53,056 nt of DNA from a virus (lineage: Duplodnaviria > Caudoviricetes), in IMG/VR virus record IMGVR_UViG_3300016478_000076, positions 1-53,056 of that record; one strand, given 5' to 3'. Shown here in pieces: positions 1 to 9,398 of this stretch. The notes beneath the pieces were generated by a model, which saw only the letters and a program-made list of their open reading frames with translations, was not told the origin of the DNA and made no database searches. Every line of letters begins with the position of its first letter. The stretch's first letter is position 1. A program made the position numbers and the translations under genes.

Positions 1-246
1 GAATTCTTTAATTTTTGAGCCCATACCAGCTAATGAAGATTCAGTAAGTGCTTCTATATTAGCACCTTCTCTAAGCATATTAACTTCTTGGAAATCGCTT
101 TCGATAATAGCATTAAATAATGCTCTCTCATTTTGAACACTTTCTATTAGAGCCATTCTAGCTCCGATCTCACCTTTATAACCAGTAGCTTCAGCCAAAG
201 GCTCTACAGTACCTGTTACACGATTACCTCCTGTAAAAATACCCAT
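1..246 (-). CDS. Putative virion head protein, partial (runs off the left edge)
   Basis: Not in the ORF track. SD AAGGAGG then ATG at 246: MGIFTGGNRVTGTVEPLAEATGYKGEIGARMALIESVQNERALFNAIIESDFQEVNMLREGANIEALTESSLAGMGSKIKEF. Several hydrophobic-x-E sites; late promoter at 303-314. Confidence 0.7.
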   Translation of the reverse strand, partial: MGIFTGGNRVTGTVEPLAEATGYKGEIGARMALIESVQNERALFNAIIESDFQEVNMLREGANIEALTESSLAGMGSKIKEF

Positions 247-302
247 GTTTTATTCCTCCTTTTATTAGATAACTATATTATTTGCTTATATTAGTAAGCT
301 TT

Positions 303-314
303 TACTAATATGTT
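303..314 (-). promoter_or_regulatory. Late-type promoter AACA-N6-TA
   Basis: AACATATTAGTA upstream of the 1..246 gene. Confidence 0.7.
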
Positions 315-343
315 TATACTTGTACTTTGCTAAAGGTAGCGAA

Positions 344-1375
344 TTAGAATAATGACGACGAACTTTTTTCGATTTCACCAGATTTTTCATCAGCTCTGAA
401 AGTTAAGTCTTCTGATTTGATTTTATTCTCAACTTTAGTCTGACTAGTCTTGTGCTCTATATTAATCTTATTAGAAATATTCTTATAAGTTTGAGCAATC
501 TTCTCTTGCTTTCTAGCAATTTCTCTCAAGTCTTCGTTATTTTCTTCATCTGCTCTCTTATTTAATGTGTAGACATTCATAGTTAATAAATCAGACTGCA
601 TTTCAAAATAGTCTGATATTTTAACTCGAGTTAAGAAGAAAAAGTATATTAGCTCTCTTATTATAGGTATTATATTAAATACTATAACAGCGACAAATAT
701 ACCACCTGCTACGGCTACTCCATCTATTCCAAGAAATTGTTTAGAGCCTTTCTTTAAGGTAAAATCGATAGCTTTATCCATATCACCCTTAGCACAGCTC
801 TTATTAAATTTCTCCAGATTCTTAAATAGGAGATGGTCTTTAGTCTTAGATAAACCTACTTTATTTACAACTATTTCAAAAGTATCTTCTCCAGGTTGTT
901 TGATATATTCTATACAAGAAGATATCATAAATCCAACACTAGATACTATAGCTAGTACAATAGTGCTATATAAAATAGAAAGCATTTCATCGTCAAGTTT
1001 AAATCCTAATTGGAACTTGTCTTTTCTTAGCTTAATATTATCTACAGCTTTAATGATTGTATCTATAGAATCAGTCTTTTGTTTATATTGAATAAGTAGA
1101 TTCTTAATTACATTTATACAATCCATAAGTGCTTCATAATTTTCAATCTTAGTAATATCTCCAGCACTTTGTGGTATAGTACCAAAATCAATATCAGAAA
1201 CATTCTGGGTTATATGCTCATATAGTTTACCAGCAAGCTTGTTACTATATTTATCTGCATCAGCTTCATTTAGAGAAAAAATAAAGTCTAATGTCTTTTG
1301 ATGTTTTGTATCCATATAAGTTTCGAATATAGCTCGAACTTCTTTAGATACATAATTCCCAGGTTCTATTCTCAT
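344..1375 (-). CDS. Putative virion protein with two hydrophobic segments
   Basis: SD AAGGAGGTG favours ATG at 1375. Hydrophobic stretches ILYSTIVLAIVSSVGFMI and GVAVAGGIFVAVIVFNIIPII; late operon. Confidence 0.65.
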   Translation of the reverse strand: MRIEPGNYVSKEVRAIFETYMDTKHQKTLDFIFSLNEADADKYSNKLAGKLYEHITQNVSDIDFGTIPQSAGDITKIENYEALMDCINVIKNLLIQYKQKTDSIDTIIKAVDNIKLRKDKFQLGFKLDDEMLSILYSTIVLAIVSSVGFMISSCIEYIKQPGEDTFEIVVNKVGLSKTKDHLLFKNLEKFNKSCAKGDMDKAIDFTLKKGSKQFLGIDGVAVAGGIFVAVIVFNIIPIIRELIYFFFLTRVKISDYFEMQSDLLTMNVYTLNKRADEENNEDLREIARKQEKIAQTYKNISNKINIEHKTSQTKVENKIKSEDLTFRADEKSGEIEKSSSSLF

Positions 1376-1393
1376 ATCAGATTTCACCTCCTT

Positions 1394-2875
1394 CTATCTC
1401 ATAGATTTACTTAGAAGATTTACAACCTTCTTATATCCACCATCGCTAGTCTCTCTTTCAAGATTAGTAAATGATAGATATTCATATAAGTCTTCTCCAG
1501 TATCATATATCCACTTAGTAACTTCATTTACTTCATCTACTATACAGAAGCAAAGCAAGTTAAGACTATCCATTATAGGAGTAATTTCTTTAGGATTTTC
1601 TAAGTCTATATTATACTCTTTCTTGATATAGTCTATAGTGGTTTGATTTACTGTTAATGTAGTTATAGCCATAGCATCATTACTAATAGCTAATCTACGT
1701 TTAATTCTTCCTTTTAAAGCTCTTCTTTCAAGAACTTTCCAAAGTTTAGAACTGCTACCTTTTCTACTTTGAGATAAAGCATCTACCTTAGCTCTATCTA
1801 TAGCAAATAAGAAATCTTTCATAAATGAAATTTCCTTTGTAGTAGCTTTGATAAACTTAAATGCAAAGTTTTTATCTACAGATTTAGATACAAGTCTATC
1901 TACTATATCCATTGTATCTAAAGCATGCATTTTACATTTTATTCCTAGAACTAGAGTTATTGGTATAGAATACTCTTCCTTAGGAATAATAATATTTACT
2001 GTCATTAGAGTTGGAGTTAACTCATTAGCTTTCTTTACATCAGTATCAAGAAGCATATTTCTAATAGTCTCGCTATTAGTCTTCATCATACCATAAGCAT
2101 CTTTAGCATTATTCATAGTATTAGCTCTAGTAGCTAAACTATTCTTTAATTCAGCATTAATACCTTTAATCTGCTTAAGTTGCTCATTATTTTGATGACC
2201 TGTTATTATTGCAGTAGAGCGTTCTATCTGACCTGCTTTTAAATCAATATAATCTCTAGTTTTATTACCAGCGGCAATTATTGCATCACTAGGATCTGGA
2301 ATTGATGGTTTTTTATTATCTCTATTACTCTTATGTCTTCTATTAGCTTTAGACTCAGTAACTACAGCACTTCCATATATACCAGATGGAATTATTGTAT
2401 AATCTATAAGAGCAGTTTCATTGATATTATCCTCTAGATAATACCCGTCATTCTTTAGATACTCTTCAGTTACTAATTTTCTTGCTTCCATATCAGACAT
2501 AGTACTTTCAAATACATACTTGTCCATTAAGGTCATCATTCCATCTACAGTTAAATCAGATCCTATATCTAAATTCTGATGGAATTTTCTTACATGTTCA
2601 CCAGCATCTTTACCAGTGCTGATAGTATTAGCTGTAAATAACATTTGCATCATAGAAGTAGTGTTTCTCTCTTGAGCTTTAGTTACCATAGAAGCATTTT
2701 CTATAGCTATAGATCTATCAACAAGTACAGGGAATACCATTGTATATGCTGATGCAGAAGTTGCTATATTTTTATTATGAGCTTTTCCTTTCATAAGACC
2801 AATAGAATCAGTGTCTTTGATCTCTGTAGTGAGGTCTATAATATCTCTTATTACAGTTTCATGTATAGCCTTCAT
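1394..2875 (-). CDS. Putative virion structural protein (493 aa)
   Basis: Long ORF, SD AAGGAGG, late promoter at 2910-2921, sites such as VFE-S and VVTE-S. Confidence 0.65.
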   Translation of the reverse strand: MKAIHETVIRDIIDLTTEIKDTDSIGLMKGKAHNKNIATSASAYTMVFPVLVDRSIAIENASMVTKAQERNTTSMMQMLFTANTISTGKDAGEHVRKFHQNLDIGSDLTVDGMMTLMDKYVFESTMSDMEARKLVTEEYLKNDGYYLEDNINETALIDYTIIPSGIYGSAVVTESKANRRHKSNRDNKKPSIPDPSDAIIAAGNKTRDYIDLKAGQIERSTAIITGHQNNEQLKQIKGINAELKNSLATRANTMNNAKDAYGMMKTNSETIRNMLLDTDVKKANELTPTLMTVNIIIPKEEYSIPITLVLGIKCKMHALDTMDIVDRLVSKSVDKNFAFKFIKATTKEISFMKDFLFAIDRAKVDALSQSRKGSSSKLWKVLERRALKGRIKRRLAISNDAMAITTLTVNQTTIDYIKKEYNIDLENPKEITPIMDSLNLLCFCIVDEVNEVTKWIYDTGEDLYEYLSFTNLERETSDGGYKKVVNLLSKSMR

Positions 2876-2909
2876 ATATTTTCCTCCTTCTCTAATTGTG
2901 TGCTAAGCT

Positions 2910-2921
2910 TATTTATATGTT
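2910..2921 (-). promoter_or_regulatory. Late-type promoter AACA-N6-TA
   Basis: AACATATAAATA. Confidence 0.7.
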
Positions 2922-2928
2922 GCTAAGA

Positions 2929-3228
2929 CAAAAAATAAAGAGCCGTGTGGTTAATTAGCGAAGAAAAATTATAGGGGTTGCAACTTCCCTATAATTATCA
3001 ACCTTTACCTGTTGATTAGGTATGAAAGTACTTGTTACCAGATTATCGATGTCGATAGTGTTTCCCATATGTATAAAATCCTCCTTGTGAGATAGGCTTT
3101 CGCCAATGTTGTATTTTGTCATATACGGTCAAGTGGCAAGGGAATTTTATTATATGTTTTCTGGCTTTCTATTAAGTACATTCCTTTCTCAAGTATGTTA
3201 GTTCGAATTAAGTTTGGCTCTTTATTCA
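2929..3228 (-). ncRNA. Candidate ~300-nt structured early transcript with a 5'-3' closing helix
   Basis: Early promoter at 3232-3242. 11-bp perfect inverted repeat 2934-2944/3216-3226 followed by a U tract. Internal hairpins at 2967-2996, 2997-3016 and GGC-GAAA-GCC at 3095-3104. Confidence 0.45.
2955..3068 (-). CDS. 37-aa micro-peptide MGNTIDIDNLVTSTFIPNQQVKVDNYREVATPIIFLR
   Basis: SD AAGGAGG 11 nt upstream of the ATG; below the ORF-track cutoff. Confidence 0.5.
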   Translation of the reverse strand: MGNTIDIDNLVTSTFIPNQQVKVDNYREVATPIIFLR

Positions 3229-3231
3229 TCA

Positions 3232-3242
3232 TTATAGTATAT
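3232..3242 (-). promoter_or_regulatory. Early-type promoter ATATA(C/T)TATAA-N3-TGAA
   Basis: ATATACTATAATGATGAATAA on the minus strand. Confidence 0.65.
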
Positions 3243-3265
3243 GATTGTATATTTTTTTAAGGGAG

Positions 3266-3277
3266 AACAGTTAATTA
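3266..3277 (+). promoter_or_regulatory. Late-type promoter AACA-N6-TA
   Basis: AACAGTTAATTA, 22 nt before the ATG at 3300. Confidence 0.7.
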
Positions 3278-3299
3278 AATGAATTGAGGTGATTATAGA

Positions 3300-4562
3300 A
3301 TGAAACTTAAAATGAAAGTGAAACCAATTGGTAGTAGACTACATGTAAGAAGGGATGCAACCTTAGCATCTCCTGTTGTAAACTATCTATTATCAGGGGA
3401 TATCGTAATAGTAACTCAAGAAAAGAATGGCTGGGTTTATCATGATAAGGGTGGTTGGACTGCTGCTAACTATCTTGAATTAATTGAAAATATGGAAGGT
3501 GGATTTACTACTATACCAAGCTCGGTTATAAATCAAACCCCTGTTACTGGTAATGCTCCATATAATGAAACAATGTCTGATTTAGATGCCGTTAGAGCAG
3601 AAACTAGAGCAGCTAAACAAACTCAAGCTTCTCCACTAAAGCAGACTACTTTAAGTTCTGATATAAAGGATAGTTTAAAAGCTCATGGTATATATGATAG
3701 AGCTGAACTAGATAAGTTTAAATATTTTAAAAGATTTAATGCATTTGATCCTTATAATAGGATAAGAACTGTTAAGGAATATCTATTCTTTACTAAGCCA
3801 GATCTTAATATTTATTCTGATACTTCTGGAACTACATTACAACCTCAATTAGCATCAGACCCTATATTTCTAGAAATTCATAATAAGAACCCTAAGATAC
3901 TTCATCAATTACAGAGAAGTGTAACTGCTAATAAGGGTGACTTTATTACCTTATTATCTTGGACAGTAAAGAATACTATGGATATGCCTAATATCCAATC
4001 TAAAGATATAGACACTAGTGCAAATCAATTCGGTACTAGAGTATACTATAGAAAACATGGTATAGAGAGTGATGAAAATCATGAATTCTCTCTAGAGTTT
4101 TCTGAGAATAAATCTTTAGATACTTATTCATTTTTTAAGGCTTGGAGTCATTATAATGATTTAAAAAGTATCGGTGTAGTTTCTCCTAAAGACCAATATA
4201 GAGATAAGATGGAACTTCATGACCAAATAGCTGTATATAAAATTGTAGTAGATGAAATATCAGATATTATATTTTATGCTAGAGCTATAGGAGTATATCC
4301 TAAAGGTGCTCCAAGAGATAGCTTATCTCAAATATCTGAAGATATGTCTCATAACGTATCTTTTAAAGCTTTTGATGTAGAGGATTCTAATCCTATAATA
4401 ATTCATGAATTTAATAAACGGGCAAAACCTGGAACTGCTGCACCAATGTTCGATGTTTCTAAAGGACGCCCTGGTACTGCACTTGTTACTGGAGTTTATA
4501 TTGTAAGAGAAGAATATAAGAATAAACCAGGTTTCAGATATCAATTGAAATGGAGGTTATAA
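3300..4562 (+). CDS. SH3b domain + tail tube/baseplate hub-like protein
   Basis: N-terminal SH3b (LHVRRDA...GDIVIV..EKNGW....GGWTAANYL); C-terminal tube-like motifs (FSLEFSE, FKAW, IGVYPKG). Confidence 0.65.
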   Translation: MKLKMKVKPIGSRLHVRRDATLASPVVNYLLSGDIVIVTQEKNGWVYHDKGGWTAANYLELIENMEGGFTTIPSSVINQTPVTGNAPYNETMSDLDAVRAETRAAKQTQASPLKQTTLSSDIKDSLKAHGIYDRAELDKFKYFKRFNAFDPYNRIRTVKEYLFFTKPDLNIYSDTSGTTLQPQLASDPIFLEIHNKNPKILHQLQRSVTANKGDFITLLSWTVKNTMDMPNIQSKDIDTSANQFGTRVYYRKHGIESDENHEFSLEFSENKSLDTYSFFKAWSHYNDLKSIGVVSPKDQYRDKMELHDQIAVYKIVVDEISDIIFYARAIGVYPKGAPRDSLSQISEDMSHNVSFKAFDVEDSNPIIIHEFNKRAKPGTAAPMFDVSKGRPGTALVTGVYIVREEYKNKPGFRYQLKWRL

Positions 4563-4565
4563 AGT

Positions 4566-7172
4566 ATGACTAATACTACTCTAGGTACAGATACCTATAG
4601 AATACTCGAATATATACAAGAAGTAAAAAATGCTCATATTCCAGCAGATGAATCTAATACTTTACTTTTAGGTATATTTGGAGCATTTGCAGATATCGAT
4701 GCTACTCAGATTAGAAATAGTATAGCTATGAGTTCTGAATGGATGAATGAAATATTCCCTATAAGAGCTAGATTAGAAAAGAACTTATTGACTCATGCTA
4801 CTATGGCTAATATACAAGACCTTACAGCAGAACCTTCTATGATGGATGCTTTTATAGCTGTAAGAGAACAAGACTTATTAAATAATCTTAAGAATGACCA
4901 GATACTTATAGACCAAAAGACTAGAATTATGATTGGTACATTCGAATTCCATTTAGAGTTTGGAGTTATTATACAAAGACAGAAGAATTCTAATAATCAA
5001 AATATGTATGTAGCAAGGTATGATAATATTGGGAATATTACTAAGCTTACTACAGTAACTAACCCATATCTACCACCACCAGTAAGAACTAAAATAGGTA
5101 CAGAGAACTTTATATTTATAAAGGTTAGAATTAGACAAATGGAATTTACAGAGTTCCATAGAAAAGTTATTAGTAATGACTCTGTAGAGAATAAAACATT
5201 TGAATTTGATTTTGAGAATCAATTAGCCGACTTTAGTATAAATATAAATAGGAATGATGGTACTACTGTAGAATTAACTCCAGTATATGACAATACTCCT
5301 ATAGTAGATCCTACAGCTAAGTATTGCTACTATACTTATATAGGAACTAATGCAGTTAAAGTTAGATTTGCTAATACTTCTTATATACCAAGAATAAATG
5401 ATGAAATAAATGTTCATATTATTACTACTAAAGGAAGCAAAGGTAACTTTAATTATAAGGCTGATATTATAACTTACCCAGAGTCTGATACAGTATCTTA
5501 TAATAATCTTCCTATATTAGTTAGACCAATAAGTGAAGCATTCAATGGTCAAGATAAGAAGAGTATAGAAGATTTAAAGAAAGCTATTCCAAGAGAGCTA
5601 CTCTCTAGAGGAAGTCTTACTAGTGAAAAGGATTTAGATAACTTCTTTAACGTATTAAACGATAAGAATAATAAGTTAAAGTTTGTAAAGAAAATCCATA
5701 ATCAATTCACTAGAATATATTATTCATATCTATTATTAAAGGATAATAAAGAGAATATTATTCCATCTAATACTGTAGATATAAAACTAGTAGATACAGA
5801 CTTTGATAAGGTTGGAGACAGACTTATATTAAGACCTGGTGCAGCTTTACAATATGACAAGACTTTAGATAAATGTCTTAGAATACCAACTGTAGGGTTT
5901 AGTACTAACCATATAGATACTATAGAGAATGAAGGGTTTGTATATGCTACTCCTTTTACTACTGTAGTAACTAAATCTCCTCTTATAACTTCTACCTATC
6001 TTACTATCTTTGATAGAAGATATGACTTAGACTTTAAGTATATCAATGAAAACTCTTTCTTACAATTCATAGCAACTTATGCTAACTGGAAAAGAGAGTT
6101 ATTAAATAATAGAGATACTTATAAGATGGATATAGATATTACTCAGAATATAGATGAAGATTATAAGTTAGTAGAAACTGATGCTGATGGATTTATCACT
6201 GGTTCTAAGATTAAAGCTATAGCAGTATTCAAAGATACTAATGGTAATCCTTTTAGATGGTGCGAAGCTACTCCTCTATATTTTGATAAAGAAGCTAAGA
6301 CTTATAGATTTAGATTTGAGATAGTTACTGATGATGATATAGATAGAGATAGTTTTATTCATATAACTAATCTTAAAGACTTAGGTACTAATACTACATT
6401 ACATGGATTCTTTAAAGGTAATGGAACTCAAGTATCTATTCATATCTTAGCAGATATCGGTAATAGTTATAATAATAAAGAATTAGACTCTATAGTTCCA
6501 GGATTAGATAGACATACTCTATGTAATACTTATGATATAACTTCTGGAGTAGATTTCTTTATTAACTTCTCTAATATAATATCATCTACAGTAAACGTTA
6601 AGAGAGATGATATGAATAGTGCATGGTATTTCACTATAGATTCTGTACCAGTAGTAAGATATAGTTATCTACTACGTTCTGATAGAATATCTTATCTAGT
6701 AAACTATATAATGCAGAAGAAGTTCTTTCTAGATGCAGCTATATTATTACTAGAGAATCAATTCGGTATAGATTTTAAATTCTTTAATACGTATGGTCCT
6801 TCTAAGATTCATAAGATTGGACAAACTACTGATACTTTAGATAGAGTAAATCTAGAATTAGCATTTAGATTTAAGTTTGTTACTATGAGTAATAATGAGA
6901 CTTTTGTAGAAGCTATTAAGAAAGAGATTAAGAATTATATAGAGGATGTTGATAGAGATTACAATGTCCATATATCTAATATAATGACTCATCTTAAAGA
7001 GAAATTTACTTTCATTAGTTATATAGAATTCTTAGGTATTAACTCATATGACCCTATACACCAAAGTATTATAGAGAATATAGAACAGAAGTCTGTATAT
7101 GTACCAGAGTTTATCAACGTTGGTTCTAAATCTGCGGACTATGTGCCAGCTATACGTATTGTAGTGATTTAA
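4566..7172 (+). CDS. Baseplate wedge subunit (T4 gp6-like)
   Basis: Motifs TTKGSKGNF, NGQDKKSIEDLK and LTSEKDL resemble gp6/baseplate J families; tail gene context. Confidence 0.7.
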   Translation: MTNTTLGTDTYRILEYIQEVKNAHIPADESNTLLLGIFGAFADIDATQIRNSIAMSSEWMNEIFPIRARLEKNLLTHATMANIQDLTAEPSMMDAFIAVREQDLLNNLKNDQILIDQKTRIMIGTFEFHLEFGVIIQRQKNSNNQNMYVARYDNIGNITKLTTVTNPYLPPPVRTKIGTENFIFIKVRIRQMEFTEFHRKVISNDSVENKTFEFDFENQLADFSININRNDGTTVELTPVYDNTPIVDPTAKYCYYTYIGTNAVKVRFANTSYIPRINDEINVHIITTKGSKGNFNYKADIITYPESDTVSYNNLPILVRPISEAFNGQDKKSIEDLKKAIPRELLSRGSLTSEKDLDNFFNVLNDKNNKLKFVKKIHNQFTRIYYSYLLLKDNKENIIPSNTVDIKLVDTDFDKVGDRLILRPGAALQYDKTLDKCLRIPTVGFSTNHIDTIENEGFVYATPFTTVVTKSPLITSTYLTIFDRRYDLDFKYINENSFLQFIATYANWKRELLNNRDTYKMDIDITQNIDEDYKLVETDADGFITGSKIKAIAVFKDTNGNPFRWCEATPLYFDKEAKTYRFRFEIVTDDDIDRDSFIHITNLKDLGTNTTLHGFFKGNGTQVSIHILADIGNSYNNKELDSIVPGLDRHTLCNTYDITSGVDFFINFSNIISSTVNVKRDDMNSAWYFTIDSVPVVRYSYLLRSDRISYLVNYIMQKKFFLDAAILLLENQFGIDFKFFNTYGPSKIHKIGQTTDTLDRVNLELAFRFKFVTMSNNETFVEAIKKEIKNYIEDVDRDYNVHISNIMTHLKEKFTFISYIEFLGINSYDPIHQSIIENIEQKSVYVPEFINVGSKSADYVPAIRIVVI

Positions 7173-7182
7173 CAATATATTA
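7171..7182 (+). promoter_or_regulatory. Late-type promoter AACA-N6-TA
   Basis: AACAATATATTA. Confidence 0.7.
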
Positions 7183-7209
7183 AAATCGTAATCAAAAGGA
7201 GGAAATACA

Positions 7210-8148
7210 ATGTCAGTGAATAAAAAAATGAATTCTTTAGATATACTTAAAGCTAGAATTGCTCAAGAAGATGCAAGAAGATTAGAAGAAAGAGATAAAG
7301 GTATAGATGAGAATTTCAAAAGAATTCAAGAGAATACTAGCTATTTAGATATGGCTTCTAAGAGTAGAACTATAGCTAATAGAGCAGCTATTAAAGCTAA
7401 TGCTATACAGGCTATTAAATCTAGATTACTAGAGAATTGTATTTATGTAATAGCTAAAGAAGCTTATGGTGAAGATGAGCCAGTTCTAAGAAGACTAGCT
7501 GCTAATTATATTCAAGAGAATGGTGGACCTATAAAGATTCATAATAAGTTCAAACATTCTACTGAGTTATTGTCAGAGTTTGCACTTAAGATAGATAAGT
7601 ATATGGAAAGGATACTTAAAGAATCTGAAGACCGTGATGACGATGACGATGATGATGATGATGAAGTAAACTATAAGATAGATCCAGAAACAGAAGATGA
7701 ATTCTGTGAAGAAATCGCTGATTCTGATATCGAAGATATAGTTGAAGTTATCAAGAAGAGAGTAGAAAAAGCTATAGAAGACTTTATCTCTAAGAATGCA
7801 GAAGATAAAGATAAACTTAAAGAAATCATAGATAGAGCACAAGAGAAGATAGAAGGACTTAAGAATGAGAAAGTTGCTGAGTCTTATATCATAGGTGCTA
7901 AGAGAGCTATGAACCAAGTTAAAGATAGAAGACCTATGCAGCTATTAGAAGCTATGGTAAATAATATCTCTAAAGATGCTGTTAAGAATCCAGAGAATTC
8001 TCCATTTATTACAGAAGGTACATTAGATGTAGAAACTGTAATGGAAAAGACTGTAGTTTTATATACATTCTTAGAGACTCTGAATACTGCTAAGATAGAA
8101 AATATCGATGAAGTATTTATTAAAGATGTATATGAAGGTAGAAAATAA
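7210..8148 (+). CDS. Acidic helical late protein, possibly prohead core/scaffold
   Basis: Poly-Asp tract, many hydrophobic-x-E sites (ILKE-S, VAE-S, LLE-A, ITE-G), own late promoter. Confidence 0.55.
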   Translation: MSVNKKMNSLDILKARIAQEDARRLEERDKGIDENFKRIQENTSYLDMASKSRTIANRAAIKANAIQAIKSRLLENCIYVIAKEAYGEDEPVLRRLAANYIQENGGPIKIHNKFKHSTELLSEFALKIDKYMERILKESEDRDDDDDDDDDEVNYKIDPETEDEFCEEIADSDIEDIVEVIKKRVEKAIEDFISKNAEDKDKLKEIIDRAQEKIEGLKNEKVAESYIIGAKRAMNQVKDRRPMQLLEAMVNNISKDAVKNPENSPFITEGTLDVETVMEKTVVLYTFLETLNTAKIENIDEVFIKDVYEGRK

Positions 8149-8185
8149 AAAAGAATGCCTGTAGGGATGTTCCCTACAGGCTTTT
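8146..8185. terminator. Bidirectional intrinsic terminator
   Basis: GCCTGTAGGGA-TGT-TCCCTACAGGC with A and T tails between convergent genes. Confidence 0.8.
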
Positions 8186-8588
8186 ACATGTGTACAATAA
8201 ATCCAGTATTAGTTAACGTTACATTGAATAATAAATCTGGTACATTTGAAGACATTATCTGGTCAAATGTAAATGGGAGAGATTTATATTCTAATTCTTT
8301 AGAAACTTTATCTCTATTATCTATTAGATATTTCCTTATAGCTGTAGCTACATACGTAGAATAGAATAGTGGATTATGGTCATATATTTTAATCTTCTTC
8401 AGTTCACTTATTCTATTTCTTACTACTATAAAACCTGGATTAAAAGTATCTATAATAAATAATCCAGAAGCTGCTAAACTACTAGCTATATCTCCAGTAG
8501 TTCTACTGTTATATACACTCATATTTAATAATATTTTAAAATCATAAGCAAATCCATCTGCATTTAAAATTTCATTATAAAGATTCAT
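8184..8588 (-). CDS. Hypothetical protein (134 aa)
   Basis: Starts immediately after the RusA stop; contains PFTFD. Confidence 0.7.
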   Translation of the reverse strand: MNLYNEILNADGFAYDFKILLNMSVYNSRTTGDIASSLAASGLFIIDTFNPGFIVVRNRISELKKIKIYDHNPLFYSTYVATAIRKYLIDNRDKVSKELEYKSLPFTFDQIMSSNVPDLLFNVTLTNTGFIVHM

Positions 8589-8589
8589 A

Positions 8590-9309
8590 TTATTTCCCCT
8601 CCATTGTAAAGTATTCTACAGAGCAATTATTCTCTATAAAATCTTTTCTTTTTGATATTTGATTATATTGATATTTATTATAAAGCATATTTAAATAATA
8701 AATATCAATTTCTACTCTTGGTAATATACTTTGATACTTTTCTACTGTACCACGACATACAAAGCTATCATCTAACCATATAGTCATATTACTCATATCA
8801 CTATATTTCTTTCCTAAGTTATCCCAGTCAGGTTTAACCATTGGTAATTCTAAACCTATTTCCGCTAAGAACTTATCCTCCATCGGCATTGCATCTGGAG
8901 TTTTATGGAAAGTTCTATAAGTAATAATACAAGGTGTTGTTATAAGTGCTTGAAGTTCATCTAACTCCTCTCCGACAAGTCGTTTCATTCTTACATTATT
9001 CTCTTTTGCACCAGGGCTATAAACATGCACATATTGTGGCATTGCTTTTGCCATCTGATGATAATTAGATTTATTTACTATACGGTATCTATGTCTAGGA
9101 GTTCCTTCTGGAACTTCCATTAATACTAACCTTATATGTTTAAATATTAATGTTTCTAACATTAATTGTTTTTTCATAAGTATCTTTTCCATCTTGGAGT
9201 CTGATACATTATATTTTTTTACCATATATTCTAATCGTTCTTCTAAGTCTAAAGGTATTTCGGAATATTTTTCCTCATACTCTTGTAGTTTCTGTCTACT
9301 GGATTTCAA
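8590..9309 (-). CDS. rusA: RusA-family Holliday junction resolvase with N-terminal extension
   Basis: KPDWDNLGKKYSD...WLDDSFV...K...PRVEI catalytic signature. Confidence 0.85.
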   Translation of the reverse strand: MKSSRQKLQEYEEKYSEIPLDLEERLEYMVKKYNVSDSKMEKILMKKQLMLETLIFKHIRLVLMEVPEGTPRHRYRIVNKSNYHQMAKAMPQYVHVYSPGAKENNVRMKRLVGEELDELQALITTPCIITYRTFHKTPDAMPMEDKFLAEIGLELPMVKPDWDNLGKKYSDMSNMTIWLDDSFVCRGTVEKYQSILPRVEIDIYYLNMLYNKYQYNQISKRKDFIENNCSVEYFTMEGK

Positions 9310-9337
9310 TATATCACCTCCATAAAATTTAATAAAT

Positions 9338-9374
9338 AGAGGTACGCAGAGGCGTACCTCTTTATAGTATTGTT
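9338..9374 (-). promoter_or_regulatory. Late-type promoter followed by a 10-bp hairpin
   Basis: AACAATACTATA (9374-9363), then AGAGGTACGC/GCGTACCTCT (9338-9361). Confidence 0.65.
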
Positions 9375-9398
9375 TTTCACATAATTAAAATCTATTTT

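Noticed and set aside
3119-3181. 20-aa upstream ORF MYLIESQKTYNKIPLPLDRI on the minus strand
   Set aside because: The SD-like AAAGGA abuts the ATG with no spacer, so initiation is doubtful.
2934-3226. MITE or retron msr-msd, suggested by the 11-bp inverted repeats
   Set aside because: No target-site duplication, no second copy, and no transposase or reverse transcriptase in the window.
7636-7663. GAT/GAC trinucleotide repeat
   Set aside because: Encodes an in-frame poly-Asp tract; not an array or phase-variation site.
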